DNA from: Clostridia bacterium
GTDB taxonomy: Bacteria > Bacillota > Clostridia > Christensenellales > UBA1242
NCBI GenBank assembly: GCA_045538455.1
Contig: JAZSRL010000006.1
Span: 131,690-195,689 of the forward strand
Direction: 5' to 3'
Length of the DNA: 64,000 bases
Of this stretch, positions 38,520 to 48,600 are shown piece by piece (position 1 is the stretch's first letter; the number at the start of each line of letters is the position of its first letter). The translations under genes and the position numbers were made by a program. The notes below the pieces were generated by a model. The model was not told the DNA's origin, ran no database searches, and saw only the letters and a program-made list of their open reading frames with translations.

Positions 38520-38725
38520 TTTGTTTGTGCATAACGCTTATTAAATTTGTCAACACGACCTGCTGTATCGACAATTTTTTGTTTACCCGTGTAAAATGGG
38601 TGACATTTTGAACAAATATCAATTTTTACAACACTACCTTCTTTGGTAGTTCCACATGTAAATTTGTTACCGCAAGCACATTCAAATTCGGTTTCGTGAT
38701 AATTAGGATGAATATTTTCTTTCAT
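38516..38725 (-). CDS. rpmE: 50S ribosomal protein L31
   Basis: '[23 protein letters not shown]...[12 protein letters not shown]'. The start is set at ATG 38725, 7 nt after a -10 box. Confidence 0.9.
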   Translation of the reverse strand: MKENIHPNYHETEFECACGNKFTCGTTKEGSVVKIDICSKCHPFYTGKQKIVDTAGRVDKFNKRYAQTK

Positions 38726-38732
38726 AAAGGAA

Positions 38733-38761
38733 ATATTATCACGATTAATAAAACTTGTCAA
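38733..38761 (-). promoter_or_regulatory. Candidate rpmE promoter (leaderless layout)
   Basis: Minus strand: TTGACA (38761-38756), N17, TGaTAATAT (-10 at 38738-38733), TTCCTTT (7 nt), ATG 38725. It lies in the murC 3' end. Confidence 0.55.
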
Positions 38762-40095
38762 TCAAATGTTGTAAAACTTGTATTACGCAAAAATTCACCA
38801 CTCACAACATCACCAGCACCACATAAGATGATTGCATCATATGATGGCGCTTGTTTTTGTAAATAATCCCCCAATTTTTCTGGACTGGCTAAATATTTTG
38901 CATGTACATGACGGCTTAAATCCAACGCACGACCGCCAACGATTGGCTTCCCTCTGGCAGCATAAGTTTTGTACAAAACTAAGTGTGGCACTTTTTCAAG
39001 CACATCAATAAAATCTTGCCACAATGATATGGTACGCGTATATGTATGCGGCTGGAAAACAAACAAATATTTATGATATAAACTATTTGCGGTTCGGATT
39101 GTAGCCAAAAGTTCACGCGGATGATGAGCATAATCTAAAACGACTGATGTGCGACCGATACGAGCAAATTGCTGGAAACGCCGTGCAACGCCATTAAAAT
39201 TTGCAATTGCTTGTCTTATCGATGTTAGATCAATTTTTTGCACCAAACCGCAGGTAATCGCTGCTAAGGCGTTTAACACATTATGCAAACCTGGAACATG
39301 AATTCTAAAACGCGGGATACGATAAAAACTTACTAATACTTTGGAATTAATCACAAGATCAAAACTATAACCGCCACCTGCTAAAACTTGCAGATTTTTG
39401 GTGTGAACATCACCTTCATAAAGTCCAAAAGTAATCGTGCGTTGTTTACCACGCAAAAGCATACTGTTACGATCTGATGCTTGTTTTATGAGTATTTCAC
39501 TCTGTTCTGCAAATTGCCCAAAACAATGCTTAATCTCATCTAAATCACGATAACAATCTAAATGGTCGGCATCGACATTCGTAACAACAGCAATATACGG
39601 CTTTAACTGCAAGAAACTTTTTCTAAATTCACATGCCTCTGTAATGAACCATTGTTTCTCGCCTATGTGTAAATTATCTCGAATGCCGTTATGGATTGTA
39701 GGATATAGCTTTCCTTGTTCAAATACAGCACCAATCATAGCTGTTGTAGAACTTTTGCCATGGCAACCAGCAACAGCAACCAAATGTCGATATTTGCGTG
39801 AAATTTGAGCCAATAAAACTTCCCGAAAAATAATTTTGATACCATGCTTTTTGGCATACACAAGTTCTGGGTTATCATCAACAATGGCTCCATTAATTAC
39901 TAGATAATCCACTTTTTCATGCAACAAGTTTTTTGCCGTATGACCTATGTAGACAGGAATACCCATTTCAATTAATTCCTGCGTATTTGTAGAGGATACC
40001 GTATCACTGCCCGCCACTTTTTTTCCTTGAACGCACAATAATTTTGCCAAGGCCGACATAGATACGCCACCGATACCAACAAAAAAATAACGCAC
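38758..40095 (-). CDS. murC: UDP-N-acetylmuramate--L-alanine ligase
   Basis: '[16 protein letters not shown]' and the Mur ligase P-loop '[14 protein letters not shown]'; GTG start. Confidence 0.85.
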   Translation of the reverse strand: MRYFFVGIGGVSMSALAKLLCVQGKKVAGSDTVSSTNTQELIEMGIPVYIGHTAKNLLHEKVDYLVINGAIVDDNPELVYAKKHGIKIIFREVLLAQISRKYRHLVAVAGCHGKSSTTAMIGAVFEQGKLYPTIHNGIRDNLHIGEKQWFITEACEFRKSFLQLKPYIAVVTNVDADHLDCYRDLDEIKHCFGQFAEQSEILIKQASDRNSMLLRGKQRTITFGLYEGDVHTKNLQVLAGGGYSFDLVINSKVLVSFYRIPRFRIHVPGLHNVLNALAAITCGLVQKIDLTSIRQAIANFNGVARRFQQFARIGRTSVVLDYAHHPRELLATIRTANSLYHKYLFVFQPHTYTRTISLWQDFIDVLEKVPHLVLYKTYAARGKPIVGGRALDLSRHVHAKYLASPEKLGDYLQKQAPSYDAIILCGAGDVVSGEFLRNTSFTTFD

Positions 40096-40149
40096 AATTT
40101 TATATATGCGTTATTTTTGAATGCTGCTATTTATTTAATTACGATTAAA

Positions 40150-40467
40150 TTACAATAAACCCATTGTTTTTGCAACTTTAACAGCGCGAGCTAATTCTCT
40201 TTGATGAGCGGCGCACAAACCTGTTTGACGGCGAGGAAAAATCTTTCCGCCTTCTGAAATATATTTTTTCAAACGAGGATCTTTGTAGTCAATATACAAA
40301 GAGCGTTTTGCTTCGTCTTTTTCCATGCAGAAAGAACAAATGCGGCGTTTTTGTCTAGGTGCACGCTTTTCTTTGCGTTCTTCAACTTCCCCAGTATTTT
40401 TCTTCGCTTTGTTTTCTTGACGACTCAATTCTTCGATAACTTCGCGAGTTGATAAATTTTCTCCCAT
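40150..40467 (-). CDS. rpsR: 30S ribosomal protein S18 (N-terminally extended)
   Basis: '[48 protein letters not shown]'; SD AAAGGAGAA. Confidence 0.9.
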   Translation of the reverse strand: MGENLSTREVIEELSRQENKAKKNTGEVEERKEKRAPRQKRRICSFCMEKDEAKRSLYIDYKDPRLKKYISEGGKIFPRRQTGLCAAHQRELARAVKVAKTMGLL

Positions 40468-40482
40468 AATTTCTCCTTTTAA

Positions 40483-40872
40483 TTAAAATGGCAATGAATC
40501 GTCAGCAATTGGCTTCATTTCAACATTATTAGTTTGGTCATAACTATTGCCGGGATTATCGCCTTTGCGATCTAAGAATTCAACAGCATCTGCTGTAACT
40601 TCAACAGAAGTTCTTTTATTGCCTTCTTTATCTTCATAATTACGGATTTGAATGTCACCACTAATGGCTACTTTACTACCTTTCTTAATGAATTTAGCGC
40701 AGTTTTCGCCCAACATTCTCCAAGCGGTAATGTTATAAAAATCAGTTTCTTGATTGCCGCCAACGCGACGATTAACCGCAATACCAAATTTACAAACACT
40801 GGCACCAGAAGCACCAACAGTCGACAATTCAGGATCACGCGTCAAATTACCAACTAAAAAAACTTTATTCAT
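40483..40872 (-). CDS. ssb: Single-stranded DNA-binding protein
   Basis: 'MNKVFLVGNLTRDPEL' OB fold and an acidic tip ending 'DDSLPF'. Sits in rpsF-ssb-rpsR synteny. Confidence 0.9.
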   Translation of the reverse strand: MNKVFLVGNLTRDPELSTVGASGASVCKFGIAVNRRVGGNQETDFYNITAWRMLGENCAKFIKKGSKVAISGDIQIRNYEDKEGNKRTSVEVTADAVEFLDRKGDNPGNSYDQTNNVEMKPIADDSLPF

Positions 40873-40878
40873 GGTAAA

Positions 40879-41250
40879 TTATTCTCCTTCTTTAACTTCT
40901 TTGGATTCTTTTTCACGCATTTCTTTTTTTGCCAAATACTCTTCACGAGCCTTAGCACGATTTTGCTTGCGAATAACATCTTGTGCTAACATAATGTCTG
41001 TTTTAGCAATAAACAGATAACGATTAATACCTTCAGTAATATTCATCATAGCTGTCATTTTTGCAGGAACATCAGATGCTGCACGGAAATTTAATAAATA
41101 GTAAAAACCATATTTTTTTTGTCCCATTTTTTCAACGGTAGTTTCTTCACCTGCCATTTTTTTGAAACGGGCGATTAAGTCTTCACGCTTAGTTTCATTA
41201 AGTTTCGCGTCTACAACGATCATACATTCGTACGCCATTTGTTTTTCCAT
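40879..41250 (-). CDS. rpsF: 30S ribosomal protein S6
   Basis: 'YECMIVVDAKLNETKREDLIARFKKM'; SD AAAGGAGGT upstream of ATG 41250. Confidence 0.85.
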   Translation of the reverse strand: MEKQMAYECMIVVDAKLNETKREDLIARFKKMAGEETTVEKMGQKKYGFYYLLNFRAASDVPAKMTAMMNITEGINRYLFIAKTDIMLAQDVIRKQNRAKAREEYLAKKEMREKESKEVKEGE

Positions 41251-41351
41251 TTTTACCTCCTTTTATGGTCTAACGCCTACACCACAAAGATGTAGGAAAA
41301 AGATATAAAACATATTACATTATTTTTTCCAAAAAAGCAACCATAAATATC

Positions 41352-41380
41352 TTGCGTTATTTAAAGTTATTTGTTATGCT
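41352..41380 (+). promoter_or_regulatory. Candidate promoter of the CAU tRNA
   Basis: TTGCGT (41352-41357), N17, TATGCT (41375-41380), 8 nt before the tRNA 5' end. Confidence 0.5.
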
Positions 41381-41388
41381 ATGATTAC

Positions 41389-41464
41389 GGCGATGTAGCA
41401 CAGCGGTTAATGCACCGAGTTCATACCCCGGGTATCGCTGGTTCGATTCCAGCCATCGCCACCA
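41389..41464 (+). tRNA. tRNA with CAU anticodon (elongator Met, or Ile2 if lysidinylated), CCA encoded
   Basis: Hand-folded cloverleaf. Acceptor GGCGATG/CATCGCC, with G1:C72, so not an initiator. Anticodon arm CCGAG-TTCATAC-CCCGG, with one A:C mismatch. T arm GCTGG-TTCGATT-CCAGC. Confidence 0.85.
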
Positions 41465-41468
41465 AACT

Positions 41469-42242
41469 TCACTTTAAGCACCGAACGATTTCGGTGCTTA
41501 TTTCATTTTTAGATAACCATTCTTCTAAATCTTTTTCGTAAAAAACATAATTATTATAATTTGTAACAACAAACTCAGTTGGCTGTTTACGATCAACAAG
41601 CCTATAAGCTTCCCATAAACTAGTGGATGTAAGAACAGCACAACGAATTATTTTACCAACTTTAGAATTATAGATAAATTTATCATAGTATAAAGTTTGC
41701 TTATATTCCCAATTAATTTGAATTAACATTATTATTGCAAACGCTATCCACCACCAATTAAAAATTATAACACTACAAAATAATACCCCACTAAACAAGA
41801 TATTAGATAATATCAAAACTATTTTTGAAGAAACAAACTGTGATAAAATTTTGCCACCATCAAGTGGATAAATTGGTAAAAGATTTATTACACCAACCAA
41901 AAAATTTGCAACAACTAAATATTCTAAATAGATAAAAATCACTGGGAAAAGCCAAACCATGACACCAAAGCACATGCTAAAAATCAAACTACCCAATGGT
42001 CCAGCTAAATAAATACAAGTTTTTTGGTAATTGGATAAGATTCTTGATTTTACCTTTAAAACACCGCCAAACGGTGTTAAAGTAATGCACTTTGTACTTA
42101 CTCCAAAATGTTTCGCCACAAACGAATGGATCAATTCGTGTAAAACCACAGCTACAACCAATGCAATAAAATAAGCGGTTGTTGCAAAAAAAATTGCAAC
42201 TAATCCGGCTATGATAAACAAAGGGTGAATTTTAAATCGCAC
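41469..42242 (-). CDS. Site-2 (M50-family, SpoIVFB-like) intramembrane metalloprotease
   Basis: 'HELIHSFVAKHFG' (HExxH in a TM helix) and 'NLLPIYPLDGGKIL' (NxxPxxxxDG). Polytopic, with a soluble C-terminal domain. Confidence 0.75.
   Translation of the reverse strand: MRFKIHPLFIIAGLVAIFFATTAYFIALVVAVVLHELIHSFVAKHFGVSTKCITLTPFGGVLKVKSRILSNYQKTCIYLAGPLGSLIFSMCFGVMVWLFPVIFIYLEYLVVANFLVGVINLLPIYPLDGGKILSQFVSSKIVLILSNILFSGVLFCSVIIFNWWWIAFAIIMLIQINWEYKQTLYYDKFIYNSKVGKIIRCAVLTSTSLWEAYRLVDRKQPTEFVVTNYNNYVFYEKDLEEWLSKNEISTEIVRCLK
41475..41510 (+). terminator. Terminator after the CAU tRNA (overlaps the 3' end of the M50 protease ORF)
   Basis: An 11-bp stem TAAGCACCGAA / TTCGGTGCTTA with loop CGAT, then TTTCATTTTT. 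Confidence 0.7.
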
Positions 42243-42251
42243 AATTAATAA

Positions 42252-43076
42252 TTATGCGTCTGCAGCTAAACTTAGAAATAATTGAGGTTTATCTAATAAA
42301 GCACCCGCACCAAGCAGAGTTGAATTTTCCGCATCGGTAGCAATCATTGTTTGTAATTGCAGGTTCCAATAAACTGCTTCAGTTAAACCACGAATGTCCG
42401 CGCCAGCACCACCAAAGACGACACCTGTGTTGATAATTTGACGCATAACATCAGCACTGGTCTGCGGCAACAAATGATTAATCGCCCCGATAATTTGCGA
42501 ATAAATAGGATAAATAACCTCACGAACTTGCTCTGCCTTAAGAATAAAATCTGGAAATTTAACATACCTAGTGTCATTTTTCAACAAAGAGGCAACATCG
42601 CGAAAAATTCCACATGCAGTCTCATAACTAATGTCAACATTGTATTTATTTGCAACTAAATCAATAATTGCATTCACACAGGTATCGGTTCCAACATCTA
42701 GAATGCCACTATATAAAATCTTTTTTCCTAAAATTATTGCTAAATCAGTCGCAGTCTCGCCAATCACGACAGACATAACAGGAACTTGTTCGGTGAAAGG
42801 ATAAGTAAAATATGACGCCAAAGCAATTGTTGGTTGTAAATAAATCAAGTCAGAAAAACCCGCATCATACAAAATAGCTTTTTCCCCAGCCAAGCGTTCC
42901 TCTGTTTCACCACAAGCAGCAACAACAGCTATTTTCCTTTGCTCATGATCGGACAAAACTTTTTTGATTTTCTTCCTTAAATCACTGTCAACTTCCTCAT
43001 TAAAAATGATGCCCAGACCGCGTTTATAAAGTCTGAGACAATCATTATTAAAATTTGCAACAATTTCGATAGGCAC
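42252..43076 (-). CDS. Divergent, shortened MreB/actin-fold protein with degenerate nucleotide-binding motifs
   Basis: By-eye alignment to MreB. 'IEIVANFNNDCLRLYKRGLGIIFNEE' matches '[25 protein letters not shown]'. 'MSVVIGETATDLAII' matches 'MVVDIGGGTTEVAVI'. 'GVVFGGAGADIRGLTEAV' matches 'GIVLTGGGALLRGLDKLL'. 274 aa. Confidence 0.5.
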   Translation of the reverse strand: MPIEIVANFNNDCLRLYKRGLGIIFNEEVDSDLRKKIKKVLSDHEQRKIAVVAACGETEERLAGEKAILYDAGFSDLIYLQPTIALASYFTYPFTEQVPVMSVVIGETATDLAIILGKKILYSGILDVGTDTCVNAIIDLVANKYNVDISYETACGIFRDVASLLKNDTRYVKFPDFILKAEQVREVIYPIYSQIIGAINHLLPQTSADVMRQIINTGVVFGGAGADIRGLTEAVYWNLQLQTMIATDAENSTLLGAGALLDKPQLFLSLAADA

Positions 43077-43111
43077 AAAACATTATACCTAAACCAAAAA
43101 GAAATAGCAAC

Positions 43112-43516
43112 TTATCTTTTTGAAAATTGTGGAGCGCGACGAGCACCTTTCAAGCCATATTTTTTGCGTTCTTTCATACGCGGGTCACGAGTTAAGAACC
43201 CAGCTTTTTTCAATTCAGCTTTAAAATTAGCGTCTTCTTTAACCAAAGCGCGTGCAATACCATGACGAATTGCACCAGCTTGACCAGTCAAACCGCCACC
43301 GTTGACATTAACGATAGCATCAAAAGTATTAAGATCCAACAAAGCAAAAGGTTGGTTAACTGTTAAACGCATAAAACCGTCACCAAAATATTCTTCCAAT
43401 GGTTTATCATTAACGATAACTTTACCGGTACCTTTAACCAAACGCACACGCGCAACACTAGATTTACGACGCCCTGTACCCAAAGTTTGAGCTACTGCAT
43501 TTTTCTTTATTGCCAT
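43112..43516 (-). CDS. rpsI: 30S ribosomal protein S9
   Basis: '[12 protein letters not shown]' and the C-terminus '[17 protein letters not shown]'. Confidence 0.95.
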   Translation of the reverse strand: MAIKKNAVAQTLGTGRRKSSVARVRLVKGTGKVIVNDKPLEEYFGDGFMRLTVNQPFALLDLNTFDAIVNVNGGGLTGQAGAIRHGIARALVKEDANFKAELKKAGFLTRDPRMKERKKYGLKGARRAPQFSKR

Positions 43517-43518
43517 AA

Positions 43519-43971
43519 TTAATTTGCCTTCCCTTTAATATCAATTTTGCGCGGTTGTTGAGCTTCATGTGGATGTTCCGCTTCGTTATATACTTTTAAT
43601 TTTTTAAACATTTCGCGTCCCAAAGAGTTTTTTGGCAACATACCTTTAATTGCATGCTCAATTACCCATGCAGGATTTTTACGCATAGCTTCTTTTGCTT
43701 GTGTGTATTTGTCGCCGCCAACATAACCACTGTAACGGAAATAATATTTATCGGTCATTTTTTTACCGGTAAATACAGCTTTTGATGCATTAACGATGAT
43801 GACATAATCACCTGCATCACTGTGTGGCGTATAAGTAGGCTTGTGTTTGCCGCGTAAAATTAAAGCCACGCGACTGCAAAGACGACCAACTGGCAAACCA
43901 GTAGCGTCTACCACTAACCATTCACGCTTTGTATTTTGTTTGTCTGCAAAAAATGTTTTCTGTGTTATCAT
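43519..43971 (-). CDS. rplM: 50S ribosomal protein L13
   Basis: '[47 protein letters not shown]'. The start is set at ATG 43971 (MITQKTFF). Confidence 0.95.
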   Translation of the reverse strand: MITQKTFFADKQNTKREWLVVDATGLPVGRLCSRVALILRGKHKPTYTPHSDAGDYVIIVNASKAVFTGKKMTDKYYFRYSGYVGGDKYTQAKEAMRKNPAWVIEHAIKGMLPKNSLGREMFKKLKVYNEAEHPHEAQQPRKIDIKGKAN

Positions 43972-43979
43972 ATTTAACA

Positions 43980-44008
43980 AATATAACAGCTCATGCGCAT
44001 TTTGTCAA
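43980..44008 (-). promoter_or_regulatory. Candidate rplM promoter (leaderless layout)
   Basis: Minus strand: TTGACA (44008-44003), N17, TATATT (43985-43980), 8 nt, ATG 43971. Confidence 0.55.
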
Positions 44009-44067
44009 ATACTATTTATTTTTCTAAAAAGACTAACTTATTTAAGTTTACAACAAAAAATATAATA

Positions 44068-45540
44068 CTAACTCACTCGTTTACCGAGTTTGGAACAAAC
44101 TAAGAAAAGCACGAGTGCAAATCCAACAACAACCATTAAAGGGACAAAATCAATAATAGATTTTGATGTTGGCATAGAATCTCTTTTAGTAATAACCGCT
44201 TCAACACCTGCATGAGTCCAACCAACCTCATAGTTAGTCCCCTCAATTCTATACCAAAGCGTATAAGTTCCTGGGGTTTTTGCTGTAACGGCTTGAATAT
44301 TTTCATAACCAATCACAGAATCATCTGGCTGTTCACCACTTGTACAATAATAATAAATTGTACCTTCTCCAGTGGTAATATTACCAGTACCATTAAATAC
44401 AGAAATATTAGAACCCGTGTAAGATGTATCTGCACCTTCTATAGTTCCTTTTTCAAATACAGGTAATGCTCTTTCTATTGTTGCCGTTATACCGGTAGGC
44501 GTCCATGTAATATCGGCATAATTATCACAACTATGCATTCGGTAATATAACATATATTCTCCCGCATCAGCCTCTTTAATATCGGCAATATTCAAATAAC
44601 CAATTTTGTTTGGATGAGGTTCGGTCGTACTAGCATAATAAAGAATACGGTGATTTAAACATTCATCTGGACCAATTGCTTCTCCGGTAAACAATTGTTG
44701 CTTACTTCCATTGTATGGTTCGATAGAATTTGAGGCTTGCAAAGTACCAGTCTTCAAATATCCTGTTGGTTTGGCAATTGTAGTCGAGATGCCCATGTAG
44801 GTAATATCTGATGCTTCGAAATATTCATTACCTTCTATCCAGCACCATAGATAATATGTACCCTCATCTGCTTTTTTTAGATTATCTATATCAGTCTCAA
44901 AAACATCTTGAATTGGTGTCCCAGGCATATACGGAGCGTAAGTACCACTCGTATGTGCATAATAATAAATTGTTCCAACTTTAGGCAGACCAGATGCTCT
45001 CCCATAAAAGAGAACATGCTCTTCACCGTCATAAGTAATCGGCCCCATCGAACCCAACCATCCGTTACTTGGTACTGCTTTACCAATTGTTACAGTTGTA
45101 GTGCCAATTTTTACAGGTTGATAATAAACAGTATAGCCGTCGTAATCAATGTAATATATCCTAAAATAGATATCATATGACCCCATTTCAACTAAAAACA
45201 TATAATCATTTTGTTCCCGCCAATCACCATCTTCGTTAATTCGAAACTGAATATAATACCCAGAATTACCAGTACTTGAACTTAAAGTCTTTGCCACACC
45301 CTTAGACCTAAAAAGGTTTAAAGGATATCCAGTATAAGGTATGGTTTCATAAATAGTCGGCAAATCATTCATAAAATCACTTGATGACCGATCTTCTTCG
45401 CGAAAATCTTCAGCATTGTAATTATTAACAGCACTTGAAATTTCAACATCAAAATGAGCTAATATAAAAGGTGCAACCGTAAAAATAGTAAACAAAACCA
45501 AAAATAAAAACACAGTTGTCATTGAAATTTGTTTTTTCAT
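44068..45540 (-). CDS. 490-aa membrane-anchored surface protein, mini-paralogue of the giant repeat protein
   Basis: N-terminal signal/TM 'TTVFLFLVLFTIFTVAPFILA'. Four to five repeats carry the same signature as the giant gene ('GTYYLWCWIEGNEYFEASD', 'GEYMLYYRMHSCDNYADITW', 'GTYTLWYRIEGTNYEVGW'). C-terminal TM 'FVPLMVVVGFALVLFLVC' plus a basic tail. Confidence 0.75.
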   Translation of the reverse strand: MKKQISMTTVFLFLVLFTIFTVAPFILAHFDVEISSAVNNYNAEDFREEDRSSSDFMNDLPTIYETIPYTGYPLNLFRSKGVAKTLSSSTGNSGYYIQFRINEDGDWREQNDYMFLVEMGSYDIYFRIYYIDYDGYTVYYQPVKIGTTTVTIGKAVPSNGWLGSMGPITYDGEEHVLFYGRASGLPKVGTIYYYAHTSGTYAPYMPGTPIQDVFETDIDNLKKADEGTYYLWCWIEGNEYFEASDITYMGISTTIAKPTGYLKTGTLQASNSIEPYNGSKQQLFTGEAIGPDECLNHRILYYASTTEPHPNKIGYLNIADIKEADAGEYMLYYRMHSCDNYADITWTPTGITATIERALPVFEKGTIEGADTSYTGSNISVFNGTGNITTGEGTIYYYCTSGEQPDDSVIGYENIQAVTAKTPGTYTLWYRIEGTNYEVGWTHAGVEAVITKRDSMPTSKSIIDFVPLMVVVGFALVLFLVCSKLGKRVS

Positions 45541-45547
45541 ATAATAA

Positions 45548-45576
45548 TATTTATCATAGGAAGAAAATTATGTAAA
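45548..45576 (-). promoter_or_regulatory. Candidate promoter of the 490-aa gene
   Basis: Minus strand: TTTACA (45576-45571), N17 ending TATGA, TAAATA (45553-45548), 7 nt, ATG 45540. It shares the 11-mer TATGATAAATA with the giant-gene promoter. Confidence 0.45.
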
Positions 45577-45589
45577 GACTTATTATTTT

Positions 45590-45621
45590 TTACAAAAAAA
45601 ACAACCACTTTCGTGGTTGTC
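45590..45621 (-). terminator. Rho-independent terminator after the giant gene
   Basis: Minus-strand RNA: GACAACCAC-GAAA-GUGGUUGU followed by U8. Confidence 0.8.
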
Positions 45622-45628
45622 TTTTCCC

Positions 45629-48600
45629 TTATCTTCTTCTCTTGCGGATAATCATGTAGATTATGATCATCGCTGCTGAGACTGCTACTCCGACACCTAT
45701 GATGACAAACATTGTTCCATTTGTGTTTGTTGACTTTTCTATTTCTGGCTCGGGTTCCGGTTCAGGCTCTGGCTTGGGTTCCGGTTCTTCTGCTTTCTCT
45801 TCTAAACTATAATTAAAGACTCCGGATTCTACTTTACTACTATCTAATGTTTCTGCGTTATTCAATTCGTTCCATGCTTCAAAATTTTCTAAGTATGTTT
45901 GTAGTGTGTTGTAGTCCAATCCAGATAATGCCATGTATGCGCTCGCTCCATTCGCAACTTTACCAGAACTGTGTACCTCTTCGTTGTCCTTGTTATAGAA
46001 TTTACATTCAATATAATCACTTGCGTCTTCGTTCAACAATGCTACAAATACTATGTCGCGTGTTGCCGTCATTCCAAACTCGTATGGCATGTTTTCGTCT
46101 TCTGTATACCAGCCTAAAATGTAACCACCAAAGATTTCTGCCAAGTCGTTCCCGTCTTTGTCTACATTTACTTGTGGTAAGATTATCAAGTCGCCTTCTT
46201 TTATTAATTGACCACCTTGACTTGAGTCTTCGCTTGTGTTGTACCAGCTTCCATCTCGCGCTACTGCATAACGGTTTGTTCCATTATCTATGATCCATTC
46301 CACTCTATATATTGTTTCGTCTATCGCAAAATATTGTGCATATAACACTACTGTTTCGTTGTCGGTATAAGTCATGCTTCCATTTCCATAGTGTTTACCA
46401 CTTCCTGTTATTGAATCATTCCAACCGTTTGTTATTAATTCTATTTCGTTTTCTGTTGTTTTCGTATATGTATTTTCTTTTAAGGTTAAATCAATACCAT
46501 GCCATTTCCAGTCTTCTTCTATTGTTCCTTCCCCACCGTTTGCATCATATGTTATTTTGTATAATTCGTACACATACAAGTAAGTTGTTTCTTCGATTAA
46601 TCCTTGGTTAATTGCTGTTTGGTTTACTATCTCACTGCTCAACAGTATGCTTAATTTTGTTGCTTCTGCTAATGTTTCACTGCTCATATAGAAATATCCA
46701 GCACTTACTACTTCAACACGAATCAGCGCATTATCATTCGCTTCACTTACATCAGTTATGCCAAGTGTTAATTTTCCATTCTTTGCTACTGTTCCTTCTA
46801 CTCTGAATACTGCTGTTTCGTATGTCGTTGCGCCGTCTAAATCAACCCATGCTCTTACTGTTGGGAACCCATGTTGAGCGTTATAATCTCCCATTACGAT
46901 TTCAACAACTCGATTGCGTTTTACAATATAAGTACTGTATTCACCTGTTTGTTCGAAATCATAGAAGTTAGCGTCATCATTTGGAGCTGTTAATTTCAAT
47001 TTAAATTCATATGTTCCTAATTCTGCATTTTCCAATGCACCTGCTTCCCAAGGAGTCCATCCTTCTGTTCCACTCTTGCGATAGAAGTATTGAATGTGAT
47101 CTGCAATTTCTTCATTCATAAATGGATATGAGCCATTAATGTATGTCATTTCTCCATCTTCATAAACCGCTTTCAAGGTGTTTTCCCCAAAGGTCAGTTT
47201 ATTTATTGTTATCGTTATGAGTAATGGTGTTGAGCGTCCATCGCTTTCACATACTTCATTTGGTACAAATGTGAATATCGTATCATTGTAATTAATTCTG
47301 TAGTACACATTATATGTGCCGGTATTTTTCAACTCTAACACTGGACGATACACATTTCCATCTAGGCTATATTCAAAGAATGGTGCATTTTCAGTTAAAT
47401 TTCCTTCGTCTGTTGACAACTCAGCACCTTCAAAGATAATTTCTTGTGATTCGCCTGTGTACATCATTTGTTTTGATTGTGGTCGACTTACAACTGACAA
47501 TGTATAGCTTTCTACTACTATTTCTAATTTTTCACCAGTTGTATTATCTTCTGTACCAACAAAGTTATAATTTTCACTTGTGTGAACTCTGTACCAAATT
47601 GTATAATTTCCAGCTTTATCTGCTTCTGGCATATCTTTTTGCCATGTGCGTTGACCTACTTCTGGTGCATCAAGTGTATATTCGACATATAATTCTTCAT
47701 TTTCAGTTGCAGTCAACACACCCGCTTCTATCAATGGAATGTTATAACCTGGATATTTCAAACCTGTTTTTGCGGTTGGTCTTTGTTCCCATTGAACATC
47801 ACAGCTGGTAATTTCTACTGTCAATGTTTTTGCTTCAGATTCTACAAAGTTTCCTGTTGTAGATGCTGTTACATAATATGTTATTTCATATGTTCCTACA
47901 TTTTGTTTTCCTGGTAATGCTGCATCATTCAACCATACATGCTTGTTTTCAGATTGGTTAAATGAATAACTGTATTTTATATTTGGTGCATCATTGTAGA
48001 AGAATACGATTTGAGAACCTTCTAAGCCAGCACCGCGATCACCTTCTATGCTTGCCAATGCTCCGAATGTTATCAAGTCTTGGATCGTTCCATTGTAAGT
48101 TAATTCTTCTTTTGCTTCTGGTACTGCACTTAAGCCTATTCCTTCTATATCAGCTGCAACTTTAGCTATTTCTACATCTGCAGTAAATTCTGTAAGTTCC
48201 CAGTTGTTATTTTCAGCATCTGCTTCAATATAGTAATAAATTTCGTATACTTTTGCATCTGTTGCTTTTAATTCTTCTATGTCAACAGTTAATATTTCTT
48301 CAGCTATGATTGCATATTTTACAACTAAACCTGTTGCTTCAATATATTCTCCATTTACTGCACGGAATTTAATAATTGGTGCGCTTTCTACCAAGTTTTG
48401 TTCTGTTCCGGTGTATTTTAAACCAGTTTTAACAATCAAATTCTCTTCTAAACAAATATCAGCTTGACCAATATTAATTGTCTTATAATGTTTTGCCTTA
48501 AATGCGTTGAAGTTTTTACTTTCATTTTCTACACGAACCCAAAGGTAATAATCACCAGCGTTTGTTCCTTCTAGTTCATTTATATCTTCAACCCAAGTTG

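Noticed and set aside
43981-44067. A terminator for the 490-aa gene (AACTTA..TAAGTT palindrome near 44035)
   Set aside because: The loop is too short and the stem too weak and AT-only. I cannot support a terminator call there.
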